IMG/VR virus record: IMGVR_UViG_3300044213_000107
Span: 186,001-250,000 of that record
Length of the DNA stretch: 64,000 nucleotides
Direction: 5' to 3' (one strand)
A model generated the notes under the pieces. It was given only the letters and a program-made list of their open reading frames with translations, was not told where the DNA came from and made no database searches. Of the stretch, positions 46,680 to 56,729 are shown piece after piece. The position numbers and the translations under genes were made by a program. Numbering within the stretch: the first letter of the stretch is position 1; each line of letters starts with the position of its first letter.

Positions 46680-47292
46680 TTTGTTTATGTAGTTCGTCAA
46701 TTGTAGAATTGTTGTCGGCAACAAAGTCAAATTTTGAGCCAACCCAACTATATTCACTTGGGTGTACTTTTAATTTTCTTAGTTTTTCTTGACTTAGGCT
46801 CCAGGTTGAATTTCCATTAGGTCCACAATTAACACTACAAGCTGCATCATACCACTCGGGTTCAGATCCACGTTTTACTCGTATGCAAATACCACCTGAA
46901 TTTTTAATAGCAGCAATTTCATTTGGAAAACGTACATCACTAATAACAATATTATCTGTGGTTTTACGCAATTTATTTTCAAGGCTTGCAATCCACATAT
47001 CGTCATGGAAGGCGTTTCTAATAACTTCTGTGCCCCAATATTGTAGTACCCAACGCGGAGTTAAGTCGGGCATATTGAGTCGTTCTGCCCACCAGGGATC
47101 TACTTGCTCACGCCATTCACGAGCTTCTTTTGTACGGCCTTCTAGTAAGATTCTGTCCCAGCCAAATACAACTGCAACAGCATCTTTTAAGGTATTTGCA
47201 AAACTTTCTCTTCTAAATTCATGACAATTAACAAGATAATCTGCAACTGTGTCTTTGCCTGAGCCGATAAAGCCTGATATTCCAATAATCAT
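46663..47292 (-). CDS. deoxynucleoside monophosphate kinase (T4 gp1 family)
   Basis: MIIGISGFIGSGKDTVA, SFA..LKD, R..LQ.WGT, SDVRF.NE, HPSE; track start 47346. Confidence 0.9.
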   Translation of the reverse strand: MIIGISGFIGSGKDTVADYLVNCHEFRRESFANTLKDAVAVVFGWDRILLEGRTKEAREWREQVDPWWAERLNMPDLTPRWVLQYWGTEVIRNAFHDDMWIASLENKLRKTTDNIVISDVRFPNEIAAIKNSGGICIRVKRGSEPEWYDAACSVNCGPNGNSTWSLSQEKLRKLKVHPSEYSWVGSKFDFVADNNSTIDELHKQIKNLL

Positions 47293-47347
47293 TGAGATGC
47301 CTTTTAAAATATACAGTATTTTTACATACTGTAATATATTTGTCAAA

Positions 47348-47683
47348 TTAGATAGTAATTATTTTATCCGCCGATGGTGTTAGAGCAGGTTTTTCTGGAT
47401 AAACTGTTTTTAAAATAAATTTTAGTTTTGTTGAGCTTATTCTGCGTAGACCTAATGCTATTTCTCTACTCCAGTCATAAACCCAAAATTTTTCGCCTGA
47501 TTCTATGCTGGAAAGTTTATCTAGGTGTCTATTTAAACGACGAAGTGTGTAATCTACTGCACGTGGATCGACACCACGTAAGTCTGCACGAGCTATAGCA
47601 TGATCATCAACAACAATTTCTAACTGGCCACCAACAAACAATGTACCAACCGCGGATTCGGATATTATTTCAGCTAATAACAT
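47348..47683 (-). CDS. hypothetical protein
   Basis: MLLAEIISE N-terminus. Confidence 0.65.
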   Translation of the reverse strand: MLLAEIISESAVGTLFVGGQLEIVVDDHAIARADLRGVDPRAVDYTLRRLNRHLDKLSSIESGEKFWVYDWSREIALGLRRISSTKLKFILKTVYPEKPALTPSADKIITI

Positions 47684-48615
47684 TATCCGGTTATCCAGGT
47701 TAACGGTTGTGAACCATCTACATAAGTCTTGAGATCTTCGATTAGTTGATCCATTTCTGCTTTGGCTTCTGTGACCATTGTGGCACCATTTAGGCTTGTA
47801 CCACCTTGTGGACCTGCAATAGTTGAGAATTTACTGTATGCTTGACCCAGCAACATCTTGGCAAAACTATATGCATATTCTTGTATCCAAGGAAAGGACT
47901 GTATATCATTTAAAATCATGCTGTCAGGCTTATAGTTAAATGTCCAAAGCAAAACATTTTCGTAGTCTTCATTTTTCATGTTAGGGCCAGCAAAAGGGAT
48001 TTTTCTAACAAGTGTGAGTTTTTTGGTAGTTTTATTAAAAGTGTAGTTGATGTATCCACCGAACATCGTCATAGCAAGCTTCTGATAATCAACAAACAAT
48101 TCGTAGTTTGTTAAACCGCCAACACGACCAGCAACCAACATATAAGTGTTTAAATATCCACTGGCAAAAGGTTCAAACTGGCTTGCAGTTGTTCCGGTGA
48201 CGCTGCCAATACCACGTCTAAAAACTGCCCGCACTTCCATGATTTCTTTGGGCAGAATGTATTCTTGTGTTTCGGGTAATAGCGTCAAGCTTACATAACT
48301 TTCTTCTTGACTGTTTTGCGCACGTTGGCGATATTTAATCAATGCTTGATTAATAGCCATTTCGTAGTGTTCTTTTTCTAGTTCAACATCAACCAATCCA
48401 TCACCTAGACGCATGCGGATATAGTCGGTTATTTCGCTGCGAACTTTATCTGTTGATGTTAATTGGCTCTCATCATATGCAATAGCCCCAGGCCCTGTAC
48501 CTTTTGCGTTATCGTATAAACTGCTGGTAGCAACATTCAGATTAGCATCTAATCCTGTTTTTAATGTTGTGGCCCCTGCATAAGGTGTATACCCTGTTGA
48601 TGCGTCTGTTGGCAT
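47683..48615 (-). CDS. gp13: neck protein (T4 gp13-like)
   Basis: RLG...V.VEL, W...YA.A..K..LG....KF....GP.GG..LNG. Confidence 0.85.
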   Translation of the reverse strand: MPTDASTGYTPYAGATTLKTGLDANLNVATSSLYDNAKGTGPGAIAYDESQLTSTDKVRSEITDYIRMRLGDGLVDVELEKEHYEMAINQALIKYRQRAQNSQEESYVSLTLLPETQEYILPKEIMEVRAVFRRGIGSVTGTTASQFEPFASGYLNTYMLVAGRVGGLTNYELFVDYQKLAMTMFGGYINYTFNKTTKKLTLVRKIPFAGPNMKNEDYENVLLWTFNYKPDSMILNDIQSFPWIQEYAYSFAKMLLGQAYSKFSTIAGPQGGTSLNGATMVTEAKAEMDQLIEDLKTYVDGSQPLTWITG

Positions 48616-48661
48616 TCTAATACTCCGTATTGTAGTATTTATAACTACAACACAGAGTTAG

Positions 48662-49819
48662 TTAGACAACTTTGAGTAAGACTATATCAGTGTTGATACG
48701 TCCGTTTAGCGATGTTTGCGTGGCTTTAATTTCACTGATAAACTTACGAAGTTGGATTTTTGTTGCACGTGCAAACTCTCGAAGTTTTTCTTCTGGTTTA
48801 CGAACTGTTTTGCAAACAGATTTTGCTTCATCGTAGCCAGTTATAGTCGTTCCTTTAACTCCCAAAGGACCTGTTAACTCGTCTGCAACATACTGCCCAA
48901 TTTTACGAGTTTTAGTGTTGTAGATCCAAAGTTCCTTAGCACCAAGTATGTCTGCAGGATTAACGCTAACAATTTTAAGTTCTTTGTTTTCTTTTGCATA
49001 CTTGAGTTTAGCAACTGTCTTTTCTTTGCTAACTGCACGTGGAGCACGAACTTTCTTTGTAGCCTTTTTAACGCTTCTATACTGTTCTATAGAACTTAAC
49101 AGATCGTTAATCCATGCAATGGATCGTTTAAAGTCTGCAGATTTATAATGTCTGTAGGCTTCCTTGAGTTGGTCATCTCGGCCTGCTTGTGCTTCAGTTA
49201 ACTCTGCATGACGTTTGTTGTAAACTTCTAGATATTTGCCAAGTTGGCTTTGTGGAACATTGTTAGCAACTAGAAAATCATATGGCTTAAACTTGGTGTC
49301 CATTTCGTCATAATGGCCTTCGAGTTCGCCGATTGTTTCGGCAGTTTTTTCGTTCAAGCGATCCTGAATAGTAGGTACGTATGCTTTGGGTTTCTCTTCA
49401 GCAGTCTCAACTATTTCAGGTTCAGCTGAACTGATTGCTTTATTAATTGATTCTGTTAAAAATTCAATATGGCGTCCACGGAATGGCATTCCTTGACGAT
49501 GTGCCATAACTAGACTGCAGGCAGTCATACTGATGTTTCTGTCACTACTACGAATAAACGCACTTATATCTTGTTTAGAGAATGTAGTTGGTTGTGTTTG
49601 CATCCACTCAACCACATGTTTTTTAAGGTCTTTTTGTGTGTAGTAATAATTGTAATAGTAAAAACTTTTGCGCAAGTGATGGTCAAACGTTTCGTTATCA
49701 AACTTTTCAGCACGTTCAGTATCCCATTGTGGCTCTCCACCGGTGTACTTTTCGTCAGCAAATGCACCTAAACGTGGTTTTGCTACTTTAGTTTTAATTT
49801 TGATACCTGCTACTACGGC
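48662..49819 (-). CDS. hypothetical protein
   Basis: 397-aa track ORF; likely start MAVVAG. Confidence 0.7.
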   Translation of the reverse strand, partial: AVVAGIKIKTKVAKPRLGAFADEKYTGGEPQWDTERAEKFDNETFDHHLRKSFYYYNYYYTQKDLKKHVVEWMQTQPTTFSKQDISAFIRSSDRNISMTACSLVMAHRQGMPFRGRHIEFLTESINKAISSAEPEIVETAEEKPKAYVPTIQDRLNEKTAETIGELEGHYDEMDTKFKPYDFLVANNVPQSQLGKYLEVYNKRHAELTEAQAGRDDQLKEAYRHYKSADFKRSIAWINDLLSSIEQYRSVKKATKKVRAPRAVSKEKTVAKLKYAKENKELKIVSVNPADILGAKELWIYNTKTRKIGQYVADELTGPLGVKGTTITGYDEAKSVCKTVRKPEEKLREFARATKIQLRKFISEIKATQTSLNGRINTDIVLLKVV

Positions 49820-49838
49820 CATTTTTTGCTCCCGTTGT

Positions 49839-50273
49839 TTATAACAATTTATCAATTATAGCATAAAGACGTGTTGCTAGCAAACGTTCTTTAGACCACG
49901 CTTCCATTTCCCAGGGTTGATTGTAGTAATCAGCCACAACCCGTTTACCTTTCCAGTAGTAAACACTACGTTTTGGAGTTTCTTTGATAACCATTTGTTT
50001 GCGAACAAACTGTTTTACATGCACCATTTCGTGACTAAGTGTATTCAGTAAGTCATCAAAAGATAACTGGCTATCTAGCAGCATTAGTACATACGACGGG
50101 CCCATCCTAACAACACAACCCTTCATATCTTCATTTCGTTTGAGCCCACGTTTTGTTTGAATTTCCAGGGTCCAACGACTACGATTAATTTTTAATTGTT
50201 GTGCCAGAAATTCTGCTGATGCGGCAATAAATGCACTACGATTTTTACTGCGGCAATTTACTATAATGTTCAT
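49839..50273 (-). CDS. zincin/SprT-like metallopeptidase
   Basis: TLSHEMVHVKQ (HExxH) and PWEMEA. Confidence 0.75.
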   Translation of the reverse strand: MNIIVNCRSKNRSAFIAASAEFLAQQLKINRSRWTLEIQTKRGLKRNEDMKGCVVRMGPSYVLMLLDSQLSFDDLLNTLSHEMVHVKQFVRKQMVIKETPKRSVYYWKGKRVVADYYNQPWEMEAWSKERLLATRLYAIIDKLL

Positions 50274-50282
50274 ACGTGTATT

Positions 50283-50534
50283 TTAATACAAAAGCTTGGA
50301 AAAAGTAACCCAATTTTCAAAGTTTTTTACACTGTCGTCTAATTGCAACAGTAAATCTGTGTACTTTGGTGTTACACGTTTTAGTCGTTTGCACTCTACA
50401 GATTCTCTGCTTAGATCATCTGCAATTCGACGACAATTTTGGTACATTTTAAATAGTTGACTTTTTGCCCGCATATCTGTAGTACTTTTTACTACATTAA
50501 ACAGTTCATTTAGTCTTGCTACTTGTTCGTCCAT
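50283..50534 (-). CDS. hypothetical protein
   Basis: Start MDEQV at 50534, 6 nt after a sigma70 -10 box. Confidence 0.65.
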   Translation of the reverse strand: MDEQVARLNELFNVVKSTTDMRAKSQLFKMYQNCRRIADDLSRESVECKRLKRVTPKYTDLLLQLDDSVKNFENWVTFSKLLY

Positions 50535-50540
50535 AATGTA

Positions 50541-50569
50541 ATTATACAACAAAACCCTAACCTAGTCAA
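50541..50569 (-). promoter_or_regulatory. sigma70 early promoter
   Basis: TTGACT-N17-TATAAT. Confidence 0.8.
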
Positions 50570-50601
50570 TACCATAAATACATAAAATAACGGAGAATAT
50601 T

Positions 50602-51780
50602 TTGGCTCGTTTAAGTCTGTGGAAAGAAGGAAAACACACCAATGATTACAAGTTCTTTGACCGCAGGATTTCAGAGATGTTTACTATTGGTGGCACTGGA
50701 GTTTATGTTCACAAATATCTAGGGCCGGCTGCCAACGATGGCGCCGCTAGTCCCGAACAACCGGCAAACACAACACCAAGTATTCAAAATATACAAGATC
50801 TTTTATTTTTAGAAAATCGTGATCGCAAATATGATCCGGATGTTTATAACCTTCGTGGTCATTATCAAGTAACAGATAACAGTTTTGATTTGAGTCAGTT
50901 TGGTTTGTTTTTGCAAACCGGGACCTTGTTTATGGTATTTCACATAAACGATATGGTGGATTGTCTAGGACGAAAAATAATGAACGGCGACGTATTAGAG
51001 TTGCCACACCTAAAAGATTACTATGCATTAGATTCATCAATTCCTGTTGCACTAAAAAGATTTTTTGTAGTTAGCGATTGTACAAATGCCAGTGAAGGTT
51101 TTGGCCCTAGCTGGTGGCCGCATTTATGGCGTTGTAAAATCAACCCACTAACCGATTCACAAGAATACAAAGATATCTTAAATCAGTTGTCGGCAGGTGA
51201 TAATACCACTGCAAACTTAGCAAGCGTGTCTAGCACACTAAGCAAGTATCAACAGATAAATGACGCTATTATCGCTGAAGCAGAACTTGATGTCCCATAT
51301 TCAGGTTATGATACTAGCCATTTGTACTTTCCATCAATAACTCCAACATACGAACCCGGTGATCCAGTCGGCTTAACCGCAGATGCTTTTTCGCCTACCG
51401 CCGACGATACTAGTTCTGGAAATTCTGCAGATAGTGCAGTACTAAGTGCTGATATTAAACCTGAAGGATACTTAACCGGTGATGGTTTAGTGCCAAATGG
51501 CCTACCTTGTGCAGTCGGTATAGCGTTTCCTGTACAACCGACTGCTGGAGATTTTTGTTTGCGTACCGATTACTTTCCTAATAGGCTTTTTAGATACGAT
51601 GGTCGTCGTTGGGTTAAGATTGAGGACAATGTACGTACAGATCTTACTCCGGGGCCAGATAATAAAACTCAACGTAGTTTATTTGTTAATGACACTTCTA
51701 CATTCACTGATGGTACAGGAACACATCCAGTACGTCAAAGTTTAAGTAAAGCATTAACACCAGAAGCGGATAATCAATAA
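50602..51780 (+). CDS. gp14: neck/head-closure protein (T4 gp14-like)
   Basis: IQDLLFLENRDRKY, FDLSQFGL, GD.LELP; precedes gp15. Confidence 0.75.
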   Translation: MARLSLWKEGKHTNDYKFFDRRISEMFTIGGTGVYVHKYLGPAANDGAASPEQPANTTPSIQNIQDLLFLENRDRKYDPDVYNLRGHYQVTDNSFDLSQFGLFLQTGTLFMVFHINDMVDCLGRKIMNGDVLELPHLKDYYALDSSIPVALKRFFVVSDCTNASEGFGPSWWPHLWRCKINPLTDSQEYKDILNQLSAGDNTTANLASVSSTLSKYQQINDAIIAEAELDVPYSGYDTSHLYFPSITPTYEPGDPVGLTADAFSPTADDTSSGNSADSAVLSADIKPEGYLTGDGLVPNGLPCAVGIAFPVQPTAGDFCLRTDYFPNRLFRYDGRRWVKIEDNVRTDLTPGPDNKTQRSLFVNDTSTFTDGTGTHPVRQSLSKALTPEADNQ

Positions 51781-53135
51781 TGTATCAAGAATATTTTTAC
51801 GACGGGCAAATACGTAGATTCCTTACACAGTTTATTCGTGCAGTAAGTAATTTCCAATGGCAGTATAACAATAACGGTGTTAAAACTCTACAACGTGTTC
51901 CTGTATACTATGGCGACAGCAGTCGTCAAGTTAGTGCAATACTTCGCAATAATAGTGAGAATTCATTAAATGCAGTACCAGCAATGGCAGTTTATATTAA
52001 TTCACTAACTTACGAACAAAATAGACTACAAGATCCTAGTTTTGTTAGCAAAATGACCATAAGAGAACGTGTTTATGATCCTGCTACACAAACGCTAGGA
52101 ACAACACAAGGCGGTGCGTATAGTGTAGAGCGTTTAATGCCTATCCCATATAAGTTAGGTTTAAAACTTGATCTATGGACCAGCAACAATGATCAAAAAC
52201 TACAGATCTTAGAACAAATTACACAGTTGTTTAATCCAAGTTTAGAAATACAAAGCACAGACAATTATCTAGATTGGACAAGTTTAAGTTATATCCAGTT
52301 AACTGATACTACCTGGACAAGTAGAACTGTACCAATGGGCAGCGAAGATGCTATTGATGTTGCTACGTTTAGTTTTGATTTACCTATATGGATTAGCCCA
52401 CCTGCAAAAGTTAAAAAGCTTGGTGTTATACAAAAAATTATTTCTAGCATTTATGATGCACAAGGACAAGTAAATGCCGACGCAATATTAGACAGCAACT
52501 TAATGAGTCGTCAATATGTTACTCCGTTAAATTATGATATCCTTTATGTCGGAAATCAAATTACATTAATGGCCAGTAATGAAGTTGTTGATCCCAACAA
52601 CGACACACAAAAAATAGGTAAACCACAAAATTGGCGTAATCTAATAAATGTCTATGGTAATCTCGTAGCCGGAACCAGTGAAATAAGAATGAATTTAGAT
52701 ACCGGCACCGATTTAATTGGACAAATTGCATATCATCCAGTTGACCCAACTATTATGTTGTTTACCCCAATTGAAGATACTAATCCTGGTAATACGTTAA
52801 GTCCAGTAAATGCGATCATAAATCCACGCAACGTAGAAGTAAACAATAATATTTTAAATCCTGCAGTCGGAACTAGATATCTAATATTACACGATATAGG
52901 CAATGTAGGAAATCAGACGCCCGCAGAAGCCTGGGGATATTTGGTTGCAAACAAACATGATATTATAGAATGGACTGGTACGGGGTGGCAAGTTGTATTT
53001 GACAGCAACGAGCATTCTAGTGTAGAATATGTTACAAATTTAACTACAGGAACACAATACCGCTGGACTGGTTCCGCGTGGGTTAAGAGTGTTGAAGGGT
53101 ATTATCGAGAAGGCACATGGAGCATAGTAATATAA
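51780..53135 (+). CDS. gp15: tail terminator / sheath stabilizer (T4 gp15-like)
   Basis: YFYD.QIRR, RVP..YG, P.M, P.PY...L.LW, EQI...FNP. Confidence 0.85.
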   Translation: MYQEYFYDGQIRRFLTQFIRAVSNFQWQYNNNGVKTLQRVPVYYGDSSRQVSAILRNNSENSLNAVPAMAVYINSLTYEQNRLQDPSFVSKMTIRERVYDPATQTLGTTQGGAYSVERLMPIPYKLGLKLDLWTSNNDQKLQILEQITQLFNPSLEIQSTDNYLDWTSLSYIQLTDTTWTSRTVPMGSEDAIDVATFSFDLPIWISPPAKVKKLGVIQKIISSIYDAQGQVNADAILDSNLMSRQYVTPLNYDILYVGNQITLMASNEVVDPNNDTQKIGKPQNWRNLINVYGNLVAGTSEIRMNLDTGTDLIGQIAYHPVDPTIMLFTPIEDTNPGNTLSPVNAIINPRNVEVNNNILNPAVGTRYLILHDIGNVGNQTPAEAWGYLVANKHDIIEWTGTGWQVVFDSNEHSSVEYVTNLTTGTQYRWTGSAWVKSVEGYYREGTWSIVI

Positions 53136-53590
53136 CACAAGGATGTGGAGCGTTAATATACAGTCGAACTAGTCAGAGATATTTGTTTTTACTGCGTAAT
53201 CAAAAACGTCATGCAGGTTATTGGGGTTTAGTGGGTGGTGGTGTAGAACCTGGAGAACCAATAGTCGCTGCACTACAAAGAGAAATCAAAGAAGAAATAG
53301 GCGACATCACGTATTCAAAAATAATTCCATTGGAAAAATTTACCAGTTCAACTGGCAACTTTGAATATCATACTTATGTTATATCTGTTGAACATGAATT
53401 TGTTCCCAAACTCAATCAAGAACATCGTGGATATGCATGGACTACTATAGAAGATCACCCCGGGCCATTACATCCCGGGGTGTGGAGAACATTTAGTTTT
53501 AATGTTATATTAGAAAAAATACGTACAGTTGAGGACGCTTTAGCCAATGTCGCACTCGACAACAAAGTCTCTGTAACTAATTTGTCGTAG
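53117..53590 (+). CDS. NUDIX hydrolase
   Basis: GGGVEPGE....ALQREIKEEIG Nudix box. Confidence 0.92.
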   Translation: MEHSNITQGCGALIYSRTSQRYLFLLRNQKRHAGYWGLVGGGVEPGEPIVAALQREIKEEIGDITYSKIIPLEKFTSSTGNFEYHTYVISVEHEFVPKLNQEHRGYAWTTIEDHPGPLHPGVWRTFSFNVILEKIRTVEDALANVALDNKVSVTNLS

Positions 53591-54283
53591 ATTCATTTGA
53601 TATTTCCATGAATCGGGCATATATTGATTACCCCATTCAGTTACTAATACAAAATCAACATCTGGGTAGGTGTTAAACACTTCTAACATAGCAAGAGTCC
53701 AGAACGCATCGTTGCGATCTACTTTATCAACATCATACCCATTTGTCCCAGCATAGATATTATACTGGTATCCATCTGTATCATTGTTGTCAAACCCTAA
53801 TAGGTATACTTGCTTGTGTCCATCAAAACATGCAATATAGGTTGCAATAGCACCACTATTCCAAGCAGGGTCTTGTGGAGTTAAATAAAATTTTCCAGGA
53901 TATTGAATAATATCCTGCGCATTTGCATAAACAATATTGTTTTCACAGTATCCAGAGTTAGCAATTTCTTCTATAAATTTGTCATCGCCGGTTACAACTA
54001 AAAAATGCGGTTGATAATCGCGATACAATGCATTGCACCCGTATGTTTGAAATGCACCAGATGCTAACAATCCACCTTTGTGATTCTTAATAAGATTAAG
54101 ATCAAAATCGGCTCTATGGCTTCCGTTGCCGATAATTACTGCGCGATCTGATATTTGATTATTGAAAATTGCGTTTGGAATATTTTCTTTTTCGTAGGCC
54201 CATTTACCGCCTTCTAGAGTGGCGCTAGTGATTACATCTTCGCCTACATATTCGCTACGATACATTTGTTTAATAGTCTGCAT
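53540..54283 (-). CDS. hypothetical protein, nucleotide-binding GT29/MptE-like fold
   Basis: AVIIGNG.HR, YGCNA.YRD, NSG..A, VYLLGFD. Confidence 0.55.
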   Translation of the reverse strand: MQTIKQMYRSEYVGEDVITSATLEGGKWAYEKENIPNAIFNNQISDRAVIIGNGSHRADFDLNLIKNHKGGLLASGAFQTYGCNALYRDYQPHFLVVTGDDKFIEEIANSGYCENNIVYANAQDIIQYPGKFYLTPQDPAWNSGAIATYIACFDGHKQVYLLGFDNNDTDGYQYNIYAGTNGYDVDKVDRNDAFWTLAMLEVFNTYPDVDFVLVTEWGNQYMPDSWKYQMNLRQISYRDFVVECDIG

Positions 54284-54315
54284 TTTAGTTTCCTGTTATA
54301 GTGTATTTATAATAG

Positions 54316-55548
54316 TTACATTGGTAATGCGGTTCTAGATAGTTTTACTGTGTTATTTGTGCTTACCCCCGTGGCCCAAAGTGTAACAGTACCAGAACTT
54401 ATATTTGAACTAAATGTCATTCTTTGTGTAGGTCCAGTATATACTACACCGTAACTAGTTATATTAACATTAGCACCATCTTGTGCTAGTAAAATTTCCG
54501 ACACTTGGCTTTGAGAATTAACTACATCTTGTACTGAAATTACATATTTTGCTCCGCGTATTGCTGTGTTAGCAAAACTGTCAATTGATGTTGGCGATGT
54601 TCCTATACTTGTAGTAACAGTTGATATTTCTGTAGCAGTTGCAGATCCACGTGTTAGTGTCCCGGTAACATTTAGGTTTGTTCCAACATATAAGTTACCG
54701 CCGACGCCAGCACCACCTGCTACAACAAATGCACCAGTTGTGGTGCTGGTACTTGATGTAGACGGAACTACGTTGACTTGTGTGCTCGACAATGCAGATA
54801 CAAAAGTGTTTGCAGCCCAGGTTCCAATCCAACCTGTTTGTGCCGAACTACCACGAATATATTGTGTAAATGTGTCCCAACCTGTGCTGCCAGCATAGTT
54901 AACACCAAACCGTGCTACTTCTGTGCCTGTTGCGTTACTATTAACACCATTTTGTGCTGATAGTTGGAAGTTGTTATCAGTACCGTGTGTGAGTACCGCA
55001 GTAATGCTACTTGAAATAGTATTGTTTGAATAAATGTTACCACCAACATATAAGTTACCACTAATACCTGCTCCGCCAGTAACTACTAGTGCACCTGTTG
55101 TGGTACTAGTACTTGCAGTTGCAGAATTGGCTACTAAATTTGACCCGAATGTGGATTGATTTGCTATGTATCCGCCAGTGAACGGAGTCGCAGTCCATGC
55201 AACACCTGCATTAGTTGCTGTGATAAATTGTCCTGGTGTACCCATTACACCATTTAAATAAATATTGCCATTAATCGATAACAAACTACCAATTGTCAAA
55301 TTTGCATAACCTGTAGTTACTACATTAGAATTTGTTGATCCTGTATTATTAGTAAATGCTGTTACTATGCTCTGGCTGGCTTCCGACCAATACACAGCAA
55401 CATTACTGACCAATCCATTTGCACGATTAAATAAAAATCCTACATCAACGTTGGCTTGTGTTGCACCTTGATGCAACACCGTAATGGGATCCATAAAATA
55501 CTCAATGTTAGTATCAAGATCCCATATCTTTGGTCTAGTTAATCCCAT
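54316..55548 (-). CDS. virion fibre/appendage protein
   Basis: T/S/G/N-rich; TGA.VV.GG.G repeats; N- and C-terminal domains resemble those of 56730-63830. Confidence 0.7.
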   Translation of the reverse strand: MGLTRPKIWDLDTNIEYFMDPITVLHQGATQANVDVGFLFNRANGLVSNVAVYWSEASQSIVTAFTNNTGSTNSNVVTTGYANLTIGSLLSINGNIYLNGVMGTPGQFITATNAGVAWTATPFTGGYIANQSTFGSNLVANSATASTSTTTGALVVTGGAGISGNLYVGGNIYSNNTISSSITAVLTHGTDNNFQLSAQNGVNSNATGTEVARFGVNYAGSTGWDTFTQYIRGSSAQTGWIGTWAANTFVSALSSTQVNVVPSTSSTSTTTGAFVVAGGAGVGGNLYVGTNLNVTGTLTRGSATATEISTVTTSIGTSPTSIDSFANTAIRGAKYVISVQDVVNSQSQVSEILLAQDGANVNITSYGVVYTGPTQRMTFSSNISSGTVTLWATGVSTNNTVKLSRTALPM

Positions 55549-55587
55549 CTCTTTAAATCCGTGTTATTAACTATTTAGCAAAAAGAC

Positions 55588-55610
55588 AAAAGGCGCAAAC
55601 TGCGCCTTTT
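55588..55610. terminator. hairpin terminator, potentially bidirectional
   Basis: AAAAGGCGCA-AAC-TGCGCCTTTT. Confidence 0.75.
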
Positions 55611-55630
55611 GGTAGTAGTTATCGTGTAGA

Positions 55631-56650
55631 TTAAACGCGACCAACTACGATTTCAATTTGACCTTTTGCACCAGTAAAGTCTGCTAGAGCTTTACCAATA
55701 ACGGTTCCAATTGCAGGATGTGCAGATGGTTTAGCATAGCCGTGACCAGCACTTACCATTAGATCACCTTTCTTTACCGGTCCAATAACATTAGTTGGCA
55801 CACGGCCTTGTAATGCTAACGGAACTACTGCAACTCCAGTTAATCCACCATTCATTAAGTGAGCAGGATTTGTAGATACTACTCCGGCTACTGCAGAAGT
55901 TTCTTGATCTGCTATTGTAACTTCTTCTGAGCCGCCAAACATCAATACTGTGCCAGGAGCATAAGATTTATCTGCTTGATAGTTCTCTGCCAAGTCAGCG
56001 TATTTTGCTTGAGTAGCGACACCATAAAAGTTATTCCACCAGTTTGTTGAACTGCCTAAGTTCAACGATACGTTAGCAGTTGGTATAACAGAAACGTTTG
56101 ATTGCCATGCAGTTGCACTGTTGTTAAATGTAAATGCTGCATAAGGAGTAACTAGACCTGCGTTATTTGCAGCTGCAGCACTTCCAGCATTGGCTGCTGC
56201 AATATATTGCAAATCGTTTGTTGTTACGGTTGTTGCATTTACTGTAGTTGAGTTTCCGCTAACAAACAAATTACCAGCAACAATTAAGTTGTTAGTAATA
56301 AATTCACCTTGCCCAGTAATCTGAACGTTACCCTGCAATGTTGTTGTACCACTTACTGTTAAACCAGTTAGCGTACCTACACTAGTAATGTTAGTCTGAG
56401 CCGCGGTACTTAATGTACCAGTCAATGTAGCGCCGGTATTACCAATTGTGCCAGCATTGATTGTTCCTGCAGTGAGTGTACCGTTTACTACCTGACTTGA
56501 AAATGTGCCTGCGCCACCGGGTGTGGGCATTGCTACACCATTAACTAAAACTGCAGATCCAGATGCTAAACTAATATTACCCGATGTGGCGTCAATTGTT
56601 GTTGAGCCTACTGTAAGTCCATTTTGGACTACGAAATTGCTATTTGCCAT
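55631..56650 (-). CDS. fibre protein with a C-terminal autocleaved chaperone-like (peptidase G2-like) domain
   Basis: YADLAENY, GVVSTNPAHLMN, LALQGRVP, KGDL.VS, VIGKAL. Confidence 0.75.
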   Translation of the reverse strand: MANSNFVVQNGLTVGSTTIDATSGNISLASGSAVLVNGVAMPTPGGAGTFSSQVVNGTLTAGTINAGTIGNTGATLTGTLSTAAQTNITSVGTLTGLTVSGTTTLQGNVQITGQGEFITNNLIVAGNLFVSGNSTTVNATTVTTNDLQYIAAANAGSAAAANNAGLVTPYAAFTFNNSATAWQSNVSVIPTANVSLNLGSSTNWWNNFYGVATQAKYADLAENYQADKSYAPGTVLMFGGSEEVTIADQETSAVAGVVSTNPAHLMNGGLTGVAVVPLALQGRVPTNVIGPVKKGDLMVSAGHGYAKPSAHPAIGTVIGKALADFTGAKGQIEIVVGRV

Positions 56651-56690
56651 TTTTTTCTATCTTTCTTGGTTCCATATTCCCCAATTAACA

Positions 56691-56719
56691 AGTTAAGGGT
56701 AGCCCATCTACCCTTAACT
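56691..56719 (-). terminator. hairpin after the giant fibre gene
   Basis: 12-bp stem AGTTAAGGGTAG/CTACCCTTAACT. Confidence 0.7.
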
Positions 56720-56729
56720 GTTATTACCA